64,000 nt of DNA from a virus (taxonomy: Duplodnaviria; Heunggongvirae; Uroviricota; Caudoviricetes): positions 30,121 to 94,120 of the IMG/VR virus record IMGVR_UViG_3300009703_000007, one strand, 5' to 3'. The notes under the pieces are model-generated. The model ran no database searches, was not told the DNA's origin, and saw nothing but the letters and a program-made list of their open reading frames with translations. Positions within the stretch are counted from its first letter, which is position 1; every line of letters begins with the position of its first letter. Position numbers and translations under genes: made by a program. Below are positions 18,394-28,600 of the stretch, in pieces.

Positions 18394-20337
18394 ATGCCTC
18401 GCCCTATGGTTCAGGTGATTCAGCAGCTCTCAACGGCGACAGTTACACCTGCGTCGCCAGAGCTGAACACAGTCTTGGTAGGCCCGTGCTACAACGTGCT
18501 AACCTACGCTGATGACAAAACGACAATAGCCCACACGGCAGCCTATGGAGAGGACGACGTCACTGCGATGACGGCCCCTTATAGCGCTCCTGGAACCGTG
18601 GCTATACTGGACGCGGCCCGTCCAGGGCACATCACAGGTGCTATACTCGACGACGTGTCCACCAACATTTACTTCGATGATTGCTACGTCGAGATGGATA
18701 ATGACTCCACGTCCGGCACAGGAACAATAGCAGCAGGAACTCCTGAGAAAATAACTGTTACAGGCCTCGCCACGGATGCGGCTGGTGATTACTTGATCGC
18801 AGTGGGTGACAGAGTGGTTGTCACCGACTCTACGGGTGCCCCTGACGACAACGTTCGAACTGTCCACAAAATCCTCAGCGCCACTGAGTTCTCAGTGACC
18901 GTTCCCTTCGACGCTGTAATGCATACGACTGGACTCAACTGGTATGTGGAGCACAAACTCTCCGACGTACTCGCTACGTTCAACCCTGCTGTGGACATCA
19001 GTGGCATAGACACGATCACGATACCCAACGCACAGGCGGTAACGTACCGCGGCGGGTCTCGCACCGTAACTACGGCGTCTATCTACAGTGAGTACCGGGA
19101 ACTCCGCCAGGACCTTGGTGCCGACGTAACCGAATACACAAGTTCAACGCTTGCTACCGCAGGCCTAGGCAAGTCGGTTCTTGAAAACCCCTTAGGGCTC
19201 GCTGCCTCACTCTACTTCGCCAATACCACGGCACCTCTCAGGGTACTAGCGGTAGACTCCGACGACACCACAGGCCATAACGCCGCTATCAACGTCCTGG
19301 CCGCTAGGTCGGACATCTACTACATAGGCGTATTGTCCAGTACAGCTGCTATCTTAGCGTCGTATTCAACACATGCTACGCAGATGTCTCAGCCCTCCGT
19401 TGGGAAATTCCGTATAGCTGCGGGAGGTGGTACGTTAGTCACAGTCAAGGCTGTAGGAAATGGCGTACCTACTACGGTAACTGCGGATCTGATGGATGAG
19501 GCTACAGCCACGTTCATTACGGACGGTGTTGCGGTAGGCGACGATGTGGTAGTAGCGGGCTCAACGGGTAACGACGGTGCGTACACAGTAGAGAGCATCG
19601 ATAGTGAGACCCGGCTTAAGCTGGATCCCAACTGGCCGTCCCCGGGTTCCGCTGACGGTACGTACACCATCACTAGAACACTGACGCTGCAGGCACAGAA
19701 CGACGAGTTGGAGCTCATACCTCCAAGCTACGACAACAAGCGTATGCTGCTCATATGGCCTGACTCCATTACAGTTGGCGGAGTTGCGGTTGACGGGTTC
19801 TACCTGGCTGCTGTGCTTGGGGCACAGGTTACCGGATTGCCGAGTCACCAGGGCTTCACCAACATCGGTGTGGCAGGGATCGACTCTCTGTCCAACTCTA
19901 ACTTCTACTTCACCGCTTCGCAGATCGACGATCTTTCGGATGCAGGCTGGTACGTGTTCATACAAGAGTCTCTCAACGGACTTCCGTTCTCAGTACACCA
20001 GGTAACGTCTGCCCAGAGCGGACTTGTGGACGAAGTAGAGCTGAATGTTGTTAAGAACTTCGACTATATCTCAATACAACTTCAGACCACTCTAGACGGG
20101 TTCATCGGCAACTGGAACATCAACCAGACCACGATGGCAGTCATCCGGTCCTCGATAGAAGGTACCTTGGCCAACTTGAAGGCAGTTACTTTCCCGCGTA
20201 TTGGCGCCAGACTGGTCGATGGTAACGTGGACTCTATCAGCATCAACGCTAACGACAGTACCATGTTGGACTGTTACGTCAACTTGACGCTACCGAAGCC
20301 GCTTAACACACTAGTGCTGCACCTGGTCAGCCAGTAA
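18394..20337 (+). CDS. tail sheath protein
   Basis: 647 aa, AGGAG RBS; sheath-type C-terminus (ELNVVKNFDY...FIGNWNI...LTLPKPLNTLVLHL); followed by the tube-sized gene. Confidence 0.8.
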   Translation: MPRPMVQVIQQLSTATVTPASPELNTVLVGPCYNVLTYADDKTTIAHTAAYGEDDVTAMTAPYSAPGTVAILDAARPGHITGAILDDVSTNIYFDDCYVEMDNDSTSGTGTIAAGTPEKITVTGLATDAAGDYLIAVGDRVVVTDSTGAPDDNVRTVHKILSATEFSVTVPFDAVMHTTGLNWYVEHKLSDVLATFNPAVDISGIDTITIPNAQAVTYRGGSRTVTTASIYSEYRELRQDLGADVTEYTSSTLATAGLGKSVLENPLGLAASLYFANTTAPLRVLAVDSDDTTGHNAAINVLAARSDIYYIGVLSSTAAILASYSTHATQMSQPSVGKFRIAAGGGTLVTVKAVGNGVPTTVTADLMDEATATFITDGVAVGDDVVVAGSTGNDGAYTVESIDSETRLKLDPNWPSPGSADGTYTITRTLTLQAQNDELELIPPSYDNKRMLLIWPDSITVGGVAVDGFYLAAVLGAQVTGLPSHQGFTNIGVAGIDSLSNSNFYFTASQIDDLSDAGWYVFIQESLNGLPFSVHQVTSAQSGLVDEVELNVVKNFDYISIQLQTTLDGFIGNWNINQTTMAVIRSSIEGTLANLKAVTFPRIGARLVDGNVDSISINANDSTMLDCYVNLTLPKPLNTLVLHLVSQ

Positions 20338-20347
20338 AGGATCTTAA

Positions 20348-21076
20348 ATGGCACATCCCGTAACTAATTCCATCACTGACTGGAAGCCCCAGAACCAGCA
20401 CGTAGAAAGGTTCCTGGATAACGCGGCGTACACTGCTGCTCACCCAGACGATACTCTCTTACTTGCCGGTCCTGCTCGCTTAGCAGATGTGGATTGGTCG
20501 GCTGGCACAGACCAGTTTGGCTCGCTATTGCCATTAGGCATGACTCAGCAGTTCCAGATCTCTCAGAACGTTCCGGTGGCGCCCATGCCGTCCATCGGGA
20601 CCGGCCGCGTGTTTTTCACACGCTCCAAGAGCCAGATCGGCTGGAACATGGGTCGACTGTGGTGTAACGGACGTAACCTCCTACGCGCGCTGTACCACAA
20701 CGCTCGGACAGGTTTGCCTAATGACACAGACCTGCTCAACCTTCCTGAGCCTGTTATGTCTGGAGCCAACTCCAACGTGTTCTTCAACCTCGAGTCAGAG
20801 CTATTCGCTGCGCCCATGGGCATGGCGGTCCTCTTTAGAGACAAGTCCCGGTCCCCTATCGGCGCTTTCTACATTGAGTGTATGATGATCAGTTCTTGGA
20901 GCCTGGGCGTCGCCGCGGGGTCCAACATGATCATGTCCAATGTGTCTGGGCTAGCGGATCGTATTCTTCCGCTAGATCACGCCGCGCACCTGGTGCCTCT
21001 GCGAGATACTCTGGACAACGTCAACGCCTTCATTGATGAGTCTAGTGCTGGAGACGCAGCAGTAGTAACTTCATAA
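20348..21076 (+). CDS. tail tube protein
   Basis: 242 aa directly after the sheath, followed by a terminator. Confidence 0.65.
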   Translation: MAHPVTNSITDWKPQNQHVERFLDNAAYTAAHPDDTLLLAGPARLADVDWSAGTDQFGSLLPLGMTQQFQISQNVPVAPMPSIGTGRVFFTRSKSQIGWNMGRLWCNGRNLLRALYHNARTGLPNDTDLLNLPEPVMSGANSNVFFNLESELFAAPMGMAVLFRDKSRSPIGAFYIECMMISSWSLGVAAGSNMIMSNVSGLADRILPLDHAAHLVPLRDTLDNVNAFIDESSAGDAAVVTS

Positions 21077-21101
21077 AAATTATCAAGCCACACTAGTGAC
21101 T

Positions 21102-21130
21102 AGGCTCAGGATTAACTTCCTGGGCCTTTT
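21102..21130 (+). terminator. intrinsic terminator
   Basis: 10-bp stem AGGCTCAGGA / TCCTGGGCCT (one G-U), 6-nt loop, then a T run. Confidence 0.7.
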
Positions 21131-21137
21131 CTAGTTT

Positions 21138-21146
21138 TGCTATAAT
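21138..21146 (+). promoter_or_regulatory. extended -10 promoter element TGCTATAAT
   Basis: Perfect TGn-TATAAT ending 9 nt before the spike-gene ATG. Confidence 0.5.
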
Positions 21147-21155
21147 GGTTTTAGC

Positions 21156-22652
21156 ATGCTAGGAATCAGACGACCTTTAACAGCAAAACACGGAGTAGTC
21201 CGCAGCCCGTCCAAGACAGGGCAGGGCGGCTTCGTTGGCGAGCAGAGAAATACCCCAGGGTCTATCGAGCACGCTCAGATCCTCGAAGTGTTCCCCGACA
21301 CTCTCACAGCTCTGGTATCGTATCAAGGGGGGATAGCCCCAGCTACTTTACCCCTCGGTGCAGCATCAAGTCCAGAGTCTCCATCGGGCGGTGTTGCCCT
21401 GCCTTACCGCGGTAGTGAAGTCCTGGTCACTAAGGTTAATGGACAGTTTCACATTGTTCGGTACGTAGCCCCTAAGGACCAGCTGGTGCTCTCCACGGAC
21501 GATGACGCTCGCAGATTCGAGTTCGCGTATGACCCCGCAGGTAGCGAAGAAGGTCACTACAAGAACAAAGGATACACAAGACAGTCAGGCCTCAACCTCA
21601 AAAGCCTCCTCCCGGGCGATTCTGTGCAGATGGGTAGGCTTGGCAACTTCTTAGCGGTTCTAGATGGGGGGATCAACATATTGCGCTCCCACGACTCCGC
21701 GCAGATACTGACGTTCATGCGTGAACAGATGGTCAAGATTGTAGCGAGCCAGTACAAGCTGTTCACAGACTTCGGTAAGGTAGAGCACATTACAGATGAT
21801 CTAGGTGCTACGTTGAGCGTACGTGGGGCTGGGGGAGCTGCTGCAGAGGCTAGTAACGAAGCCTGGACTATACGTGGAGACCTCGGGGCTAGAGGGGACC
21901 TGGTCAACTTACGTGTAACGGATTACACTGGTTTCGACCTCGCCAGAGTTTGGGTCAATAGGATGGGTAATGTGTACAGCCTGACCCAGGACCACGTCTC
22001 GGACGTCATGGGGTCTGCTAGGGCCAACATACGTGGAGCGTTGTCCAACGTATACCATAAATCCGCAGTACACCGCTACAAAGACTACGTACAGGTGATA
22101 GGCGAAAAGTTGTTTGAGGAATCCTTCGATAGTTTCAAAAAAACTGTCGCCAACAACTCTATGGTTGCTGTGATGGGAGAGTCTACAAACATCGTTGGAG
22201 GCAAGAGGACTGACATAGCCGTTGAAGGCTGGGATATAGACGTTACAAAGGAAGGCGTCGTTCTCAACGTTGGCCATGATGCTGACGCTGGATCCGACAC
22301 AGACGTAAGTATATCCATCAAGAAGGGTGACTTCAACGTAGAGACCGACCAGACTGGCGACATGACGTTGAGTACAGGACAGGGCACTATTACGATCAAG
22401 ACCAACGCAGGCCAGGTTGTACTAGACACAGGAGGACAGGCAGGGTCTGTTCTGCTGGGCTCCTCCACGGCAGCGTCCTCAGTAGTTCTTTATGACCAGT
22501 TCAAGTCGGTGTTGGGCGCTATGGCTGCAGCTATAGATTCCCACGTCCACACAGGGTCTACCGGGCCGACTGCTACGCCAGGACAGCTGGCTGCCCTAGT
22601 CAACTCGCTGGGACCACAAGCCAAGTCTTCGGTGGTAAAGGCAGCGTCATAA
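21156..22652 (+). CDS. baseplate central spike (gp5/gpV/VgrG-like)
   Basis: 498 aa; OB-fold-like N-terminal region, beta-helix-like repeats, C-terminal SHVH (HxH) tip motif. Confidence 0.65.
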   Translation: MLGIRRPLTAKHGVVRSPSKTGQGGFVGEQRNTPGSIEHAQILEVFPDTLTALVSYQGGIAPATLPLGAASSPESPSGGVALPYRGSEVLVTKVNGQFHIVRYVAPKDQLVLSTDDDARRFEFAYDPAGSEEGHYKNKGYTRQSGLNLKSLLPGDSVQMGRLGNFLAVLDGGINILRSHDSAQILTFMREQMVKIVASQYKLFTDFGKVEHITDDLGATLSVRGAGGAAAEASNEAWTIRGDLGARGDLVNLRVTDYTGFDLARVWVNRMGNVYSLTQDHVSDVMGSARANIRGALSNVYHKSAVHRYKDYVQVIGEKLFEESFDSFKKTVANNSMVAVMGESTNIVGGKRTDIAVEGWDIDVTKEGVVLNVGHDADAGSDTDVSISIKKGDFNVETDQTGDMTLSTGQGTITIKTNAGQVVLDTGGQAGSVLLGSSTAASSVVLYDQFKSVLGAMAAAIDSHVHTGSTGPTATPGQLAALVNSLGPQAKSSVVKAAS

Positions 22653-22822
22653 TGGCTGAAGACCTAGTACCTAAGAAAACTTTACTAACACAACTAAATA
22701 CTATTTGTGTGCTGTCCCTGCGTATGCTGGCTTTAACCCAGAAGTACAATGAGCTGCGACGCAAACAAAGGTTGGAGAGCATAAGAAATGCCAGCGACAG
22801 GTTGGGCAAAGCTAGAAAGTAA
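22652..22822 (+). CDS. 56-aa basic helical protein (below the ORF-track cutoff)
   Basis: Manual translation MAEDLVPKKTLLTQLNTICVLSLRMLALTQKYNELRRKQRLESIRNASDRLGKARK*; TAATG coupling to the spike gene. Confidence 0.5.
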   Translation: MAEDLVPKKTLLTQLNTICVLSLRMLALTQKYNELRRKQRLESIRNASDRLGKARK

Positions 22823-24326
22823 CGTATTTGACGCTACTATCCTAACGTCAGCGATCGAGGGCATCAGCACAACGATCGGCTTGGCTAAGGATGTTCTAGA
22901 GGTAGCCAAGGTCACCACGCAGACTGGTGTGGGTTCCCTGGTAGTGAACCCTATAGACACCGCGATCAATGTGGTTGGAGAAGCCTTGGAGACAGCCACC
23001 CAGGCATTCAACTTGGAGGGTGGGGTCCACGTATTGTTCGTGCCAGCTGCAGACGTGTCTACAGGGGACTTGCTGGAGTCCATATCCAAGACCCTCAATA
23101 ACGTATCGGACCTAAACCGGCCCGATTTCGCTGCGGGAGAGTACGCTGCCGGCGGTATGTTTTTAGGAACTGCCAATGAGTACGCTGCTATAGTACAGTC
23201 TGCTGAGCGTTTGGCCAAGATGTCCAGGAACCCTAACCGCGCAGTCACTCCCATACGCATGGCACTGGACGGGGCTCCAGAGTACTGTCTCAGGTCTCCG
23301 CAGAACGTTACCGCTGCACCCTTCGTAAAGTCCAAGTCCCCTGCTGTTAGGGTACTGTGGGATCCAGAACGTAATCTGGGAACTACAGCTCGTCAGGTAG
23401 ATGCTCCTAAGGAAAAGTTCAAGATCAGTAAGTCTTACATAGTCAGGACTACTGCACCTCTTATCAACTCAGCTTACGATCCTGGAACGTTCCCTGAGGG
23501 ATATGTTATAACAGAGCAGGCATTCCCGGGCTACGAAAAACCCAACACGTTCGTAGACACTGATGTGGAGTCGGGCACCGATTACTACTACGGCGTAGCC
23601 TATTCATATTCCGATGAGAACGACGTTGAAGTAGGGCCGTATAGTGTCAGTAATCTAGCTTGGGTTCAGCCCTCACAAACGCCTAAGCACCCACTAACGT
23701 TTCAGGCACCGTACTGGATTTCAGTAGACGGGGGACTTAACGCGCTGTACCCTGACCTGACGGATGTGACGGAGTACATAAACCGATTTATACAAGGATA
23801 TTTAGACGTAGCCTCCAGCAGAGTATCGGGTGCTGATGACGCTGTAGGAGACTTCATCGACAGTGAGATAACAAGACTGTCCGGCTATGAAGGAGAGCTC
23901 AATGCTATGTCTTCCAAGCTAGAAGCGGTAGCGGCCCCGTGGCCTGCCGGAAGCCTAGGTGCCTTTGCCTTTCACACCGGGGGGTCTCACCAAGAGATCC
24001 TGGCAGAGATATCGGGTAAGCTGTATGATACAGCAGACCCTAACACACCTGACGTGACAAGAGGGTACTCAATGGCCCTCATACTCCTAGCCAGCAGTGC
24101 TACGGCTGCTGCTGCAGAAACTGCATACGGGCTTATCAGCCTTTTGATGGCTGGAAACGTTCCCGAGCCGGATCCAGGGCTGGACGCGTCCATAGCCAGT
24201 ATAGGCACCGGCATAGAGTCTCTAGTGGAACAGATAATGACTCAGTTCGGCCCAGACATGGCCGACACTGGCGCTACGATTGAGGAAGCAGCCGCCAGTC
24301 CACCTAACCTCCTCGAATTACCCTAG
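22788..24326 (+). CDS. putative baseplate/tail protein with FN3-like domain
   Basis: 512 aa; FVDTDVESGTDYYYGV is FN3-like; tail-region position. Confidence 0.55.
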   Translation: MPATGWAKLESNVFDATILTSAIEGISTTIGLAKDVLEVAKVTTQTGVGSLVVNPIDTAINVVGEALETATQAFNLEGGVHVLFVPAADVSTGDLLESISKTLNNVSDLNRPDFAAGEYAAGGMFLGTANEYAAIVQSAERLAKMSRNPNRAVTPIRMALDGAPEYCLRSPQNVTAAPFVKSKSPAVRVLWDPERNLGTTARQVDAPKEKFKISKSYIVRTTAPLINSAYDPGTFPEGYVITEQAFPGYEKPNTFVDTDVESGTDYYYGVAYSYSDENDVEVGPYSVSNLAWVQPSQTPKHPLTFQAPYWISVDGGLNALYPDLTDVTEYINRFIQGYLDVASSRVSGADDAVGDFIDSEITRLSGYEGELNAMSSKLEAVAAPWPAGSLGAFAFHTGGSHQEILAEISGKLYDTADPNTPDVTRGYSMALILLASSATAAAAETAYGLISLLMAGNVPEPDPGLDASIASIGTGIESLVEQIMTQFGPDMADTGATIEEAAASPPNLLELP

Positions 24327-24334
24327 GTAGATAA

Positions 24335-24535
24335 ATGGAAAAACACGGCGTAGTATCAGGCGATGAAGAAGCCTCCGATGAGCTTCTAGAGAAGATTGCC
24401 TCTATCACTAACCCGCTGGATAGAATGCCTCGTAAGGCGACGCATCCTTGTGCAGACACGTTACAGAACCTTCGGGATGAACACCGATCTCGTAAACCTT
24501 CCACCCCTCAGGGAACCGATCAGTCGCCTGTCTGA
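24335..24535 (+). CDS. small hypothetical protein
   Basis: 66 aa, AGGTAG upstream, contains EKIAS; 3' part overlaps an antisense ORF. Confidence 0.45.
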   Translation: MEKHGVVSGDEEASDELLEKIASITNPLDRMPRKATHPCADTLQNLRDEHRSRKPSTPQGTDQSPV

Positions 24536-24710
24536 CAGCTTCCTCACTCGCATCCAGCAGTGGCCCTATAACTCTTATGTTATCTAGGAAAGCGTCGTTG
24601 GAGTCTGTATATGGGGGGTCTGGGCCTATCACTACATTCAGTACGTAGTCGTTACTAGGAGAGCCGACTAGCTTGCGGGTCCTGGCGAGCACTTTGTTCT
24701 TCTCTAGCAT
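24408..24710 (-). CDS. hypothetical protein, sole antisense gene in the tail operon
   Basis: ATG at 24710 with GAGG 5 nt upstream (MLEKNKVLARTRKLVG...); ORF track extends it to 24752. Confidence 0.5.
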   Translation of the reverse strand: MLEKNKVLARTRKLVGSPSNDYVLNVVIGPDPPYTDSNDAFLDNIRVIGPLLDASEEAVRQATDRFPEGWKVYEIGVHPEGSVTCLHKDASPYEAFYPAG

Positions 24711-24755
24711 TAGGACCTCGCAGTAAACAAAGCTAGTATTAGACAACCACAACAG

Positions 24756-25322
24756 GTGTGTAAAAATAATATGTCATTAGCAATAGACAAGGCCAAGGTC
24801 AGCACTGCTGCTTTGGAAATCACTCAAGATACCTCAGAAGCTGATCCAATCGGGCCTGACGCTACTGAAGATGCGGAAGTTGCGCTTACAGAAGAAGATA
24901 TAGTCAACAGGTCTCTAGAAGAGCTCAACATGACCAAGGAGGACGCTTTTGCTATTGTAGAGGCTGTCTTTACTGAGGGCGTGTACCAGGAAACTGTCCA
25001 GATACGTAAGGGCTTGAGTGTAACGTTCCGTACTCGGTCTGCATCGGAGGAGATGCGGCTGAAAGAGGAGCTCATTATGGCAGGGGACATGGCCGTATGG
25101 GAGCGTAATTATCTGGTGCAGGTTCACAACTTAGCTACGTCCCTGGTTTCCATCGGAGATCGGGAGCTGGAAGCAGGTGTTGGTGAGGACGAATACAGGT
25201 CAAGGAAAGAAATGGTAATGTCACTTCCCAACGTGTTGGTGGACGTGTTGGTTAGGAAATTATCCAAATTCGATATGAAGGTCATGGTGGCCTGTCAGGA
25301 TCCGCTCCTACGGGATTTTTAA
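24756..25322 (+). CDS. tail assembly chaperone (gpG-like)
   Basis: Acidic 188-aa ORF two genes upstream of the tape measure; likely start ATG 24771; ends CGG GAT TTT TAA. Confidence 0.65.
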   Translation: MCKNNMSLAIDKAKVSTAALEITQDTSEADPIGPDATEDAEVALTEEDIVNRSLEELNMTKEDAFAIVEAVFTEGVYQETVQIRKGLSVTFRTRSASEEMRLKEELIMAGDMAVWERNYLVQVHNLATSLVSIGDRELEAGVGEDEYRSRKEMVMSLPNVLVDVLVRKLSKFDMKVMVACQDPLLRDF

Positions 25323-25336
25323 ATTCCCCTTTGGGG
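25313..25336 (+). other. programmed -1 ribosomal frameshift site (G GAT TTT TAA) with downstream CCCC-TTT-GGGG hairpin
   Basis: The -1 frame reads TTT TTA AAT TCC CCT TTG GGG and continues without a stop into ORF 25331-25654. Confidence 0.65.
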
Positions 25337-25654
25337 TACGCTAGGACGCAGCTGACAATACGGAACGTCCCAGTGGCTCCGAAGGGGTCTGTCAGAGATA
25401 AGCTTATGTTAGCAGCGTTACTACGGGAGCAACAGACCAAGGCCGAGACCACCAAGGCTCTGCTGTTGGGCTTATCAGCGGCTATCACCTTTCAAGATAG
25501 AGAGAAACTGTTGACTACTCTGGATAGTCTGGCTGAGGGCATAGACGCCATGTACGTTCCGCTGGGAGAGCAAGCCAAGGCGGATAAGAGCCAAGCGCGA
25601 CAGAGACAGGAGCAGATGGACATCGAGCTTCTTGAACGTGTCAGCGCATTTTAG
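25319..25654 (+). CDS. tail assembly chaperone T-frame (C-terminal part of the gpGT-like fusion)
   Basis: The ORF-track start is a TTG with no RBS; the frame is -1 relative to the upstream ORF and open across the slippery site. Confidence 0.6.
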   Translation, partial: LNSPLGYARTQLTIRNVPVAPKGSVRDKLMLAALLREQQTKAETTKALLLGLSAAITFQDREKLLTTLDSLAEGIDAMYVPLGEQAKADKSQARQRQEQMDIELLERVSAF

Positions 25655-25663
25655 GAAAAACTG

Positions 25664-28600
25664 ATGGCAGCGGAGCTTAGTAACTTTATATCTGATGTCA
25701 GCGCAGGGTTCCAAGGAACCAGCGCAGCATTTAGTCAGACAGGTCAACAACAGCACCTGACTCCAGGCGTGCTGCCCTTGGTTCATACGCCTATGGGGAC
25801 TGCTGCCAGTGTTACTCTCCCTACAGGTAACCCTGTGCTGGGGGTAAGCCCTGCTGTGGCACACCAACAGCAGTTTGCTATGGCTACTCCAGCGCCCATG
25901 TCACCGATGCTAGGAGCGCATCCAGGAGCGTCTCAGTTCCAACCACATATGGCCAACTTCATGGCAGGTGGTGACGCTATGGGCTTGCCTAGCGCTAGTT
26001 ACATGACCGCTCCTTCTATGGGTGTTTACAGACATACACCCACCCCGGGACACCACGGAGGAGGTATCTCACCTACTGCACGGACAGGCATGTTCGGTGA
26101 TATAATGAGTATGGGAGGACCTTATATGGGTCTAGGGTCGGGTATGCGTACACGGCCACTAGGGTACGACCCGATCTCCACACAAGCTGCGCACGCCACT
26201 AGCGTCACTAACCGTGCTATGGCTGCTACCGCTACTGCAGCGTCGTTTGGCATGTCCTTCGGTGGGGCTATGGCAGGAGACCTCGTTGGCACCGGCGTAG
26301 GCACAACAATAGGCGCAGCTATGGGTATGCCTCTTGGCGGCGCAGGGATGGCCGCAGGTGGATTCCTGGGTGGCATGGTCGGAGGGGTGCTGGGAGAAAA
26401 TCTCGGTATGCTGGGAGGTTACGCTATGAACCCGATGGCACCTATGATCAACCGTAGACGAGATATGCTACGGATGCAGGGTTCGACTAGAGGGATCGTG
26501 ACCACAGGGGGCTCTCTGGACGTCTCAGGGTCTGGCCTGGGTTACGGTGCGTCCACTTCAATGGCGCAGGGCATGTACGACATGGCTGCGGACAGTTCTC
26601 TCTTCAATAGAGAAGACTACATGAAGATATCTAGCCTAGCAATGCAGAACGGCATGGTTAATATGGCTAATTCCCCTGAGCAGATCCTTAAGACAGTCAA
26701 GGATGTGTCTAAGACCCTCAGTGTGTTCATGAGTGTTGCTGGGGACCCCGACGTCCAGAGTGCTATGGCGCGCATGGGGGATCTGTATCAAATGGGTGTG
26801 GCCATACCTAAGCTGACAGAGGCCCAGTCCAACATACGTCAGTTTGCTCGCATGGCAGGCGTATCCGTGGACGAGGCCATGTCTACATACGGCGCCCAAG
26901 GTGGGTTCATGTACAAGCAGGCAGGGCTTACTCAAGGCGGCGGTGTTCAGATGGGTATTGCGGGTGCGGGTATATCCAACGCGCTGATACAGAGCGGGGC
27001 GCTATCTCAGGCAGATGTTAATCGTCTTGGCGGAGTGTCTGGCATGGGCCAGAGCTTAGCTGGATCTGCTGCTGGATTCTTGGGTGGAGGAAGTGCTATG
27101 ATGCTACACGGCCTTCTGAGCAGTGGACCCGGGGGCAACCCAGGCATAGACCAGGCTAAGGTGCAGGCTTACCTATCTGGTAAGACATCCATGAATGACC
27201 TAATAGGTGACACCAGCATCTACGGTGGACGCAACGGTATCAGTAACGTTCAGTACGTTATGAACAACCAGGAGCGCCTCCAGACGCAGTTATCGGATAC
27301 TCTTGGGCCGCAGGGCACGATGGCGTTTATGCTCCGTGCTATGCAGGACCTACAGAGCACTATGCCCGGCGCAGATACGCAGACGGTTGCCAACATGATA
27401 ACAGGTAACAAAGATACTGCGCTAATACTATCCGAGCTGGCTGGTAACCCTACGGCTATGCGGTCTATGATTCAGGAGGGTCAAAGAGAGCAAAGACGCG
27501 CGGGGATGGCCGGGCACTCACGGTGGTTGGAAGAGAACTCCGCCTGGCAGAGTAACATCGCCAGGCCGCTGCGCCAGTTCGGAGCAGGACTTGGCGAGCG
27601 GTACTTTGGTGGCTTGTCACGAGGATTAGCTTCGTGGGAAGAGTCCAGCCGAGCAGAAGCTGCAGGACTTCACTTACGCTCAAATGCAGGTGCTGGGTTT
27701 GGGCTGTCTTCCACGTCGGGCCTACCGAACTTGGGCGGAGGAGCTCCCTTCAATGAGAAGGCTCACTGGTACTCTCTCAACCGACCTGCCAACAGCATAC
27801 TGTACCGAGCGATGGGCAATGAAGGTATAACTGGAGCGCTACGCAGTGTGGGAGACATGTTCGGCTGGGGGGGTATGTCGGATGAAAATATCGCAGCGGC
27901 TAGCAGGTCACTTATAGGTGCAGGGGACCTCTTAGCGGAGGAACTTACGTCAAGTCAGTTGTCGTCTATGACAGGAGGGTTGAACCAGTCTCAAGGTGCT
28001 GATGTCACAGAAAAGCTCCTGGCCACATTCCGAACTGAGGCTAGTAAACGAGGAAAGGATAACGCAGCCTTCACACCCGAGATGCTACAGATGGCGTATA
28101 AGAAACGTGACGGAAAGGCGCTTCCTTTATCTGAGGTAAGACGCGCTTGGCAGATAGGTGCAGCGGTGTACGGAAGTGACAGACATATCAAAACGTCTTT
28201 GGACAACGTACGACAGACCAGCTCTCAGCTTAGAGGCTTAGGGTCGGAAGGCATGACTGACCGCCAGGTAAGAGGGATATTACAGTCAGGAGTTGAAGAC
28301 GCTACTGGTATAAAACTTAGTGGACGTAGAACGTTGGATGCTTTAGGGGAAGTGAACAAGTTTGCTTTTGGTCAGGGACTGTTCGGAGAGAAGGGAGGCA
28401 TGGATCTTATATCCCTTCTGGGAGAAGCTTCTATGGTTGGGGCAGCAGGCGCTGATGAAGCCCAAATCAAGCTGCTCGGAACAGAGCGAGGCTCAGAGCT
28501 ACTTAAGATGATGCGCAGTGACGAGGGCCTAAACAAGAGTATACAGGAGTTGTATACTGGCTCTATACTGCACCGAGGGGACAAAGGTATTGGTGCGCTG

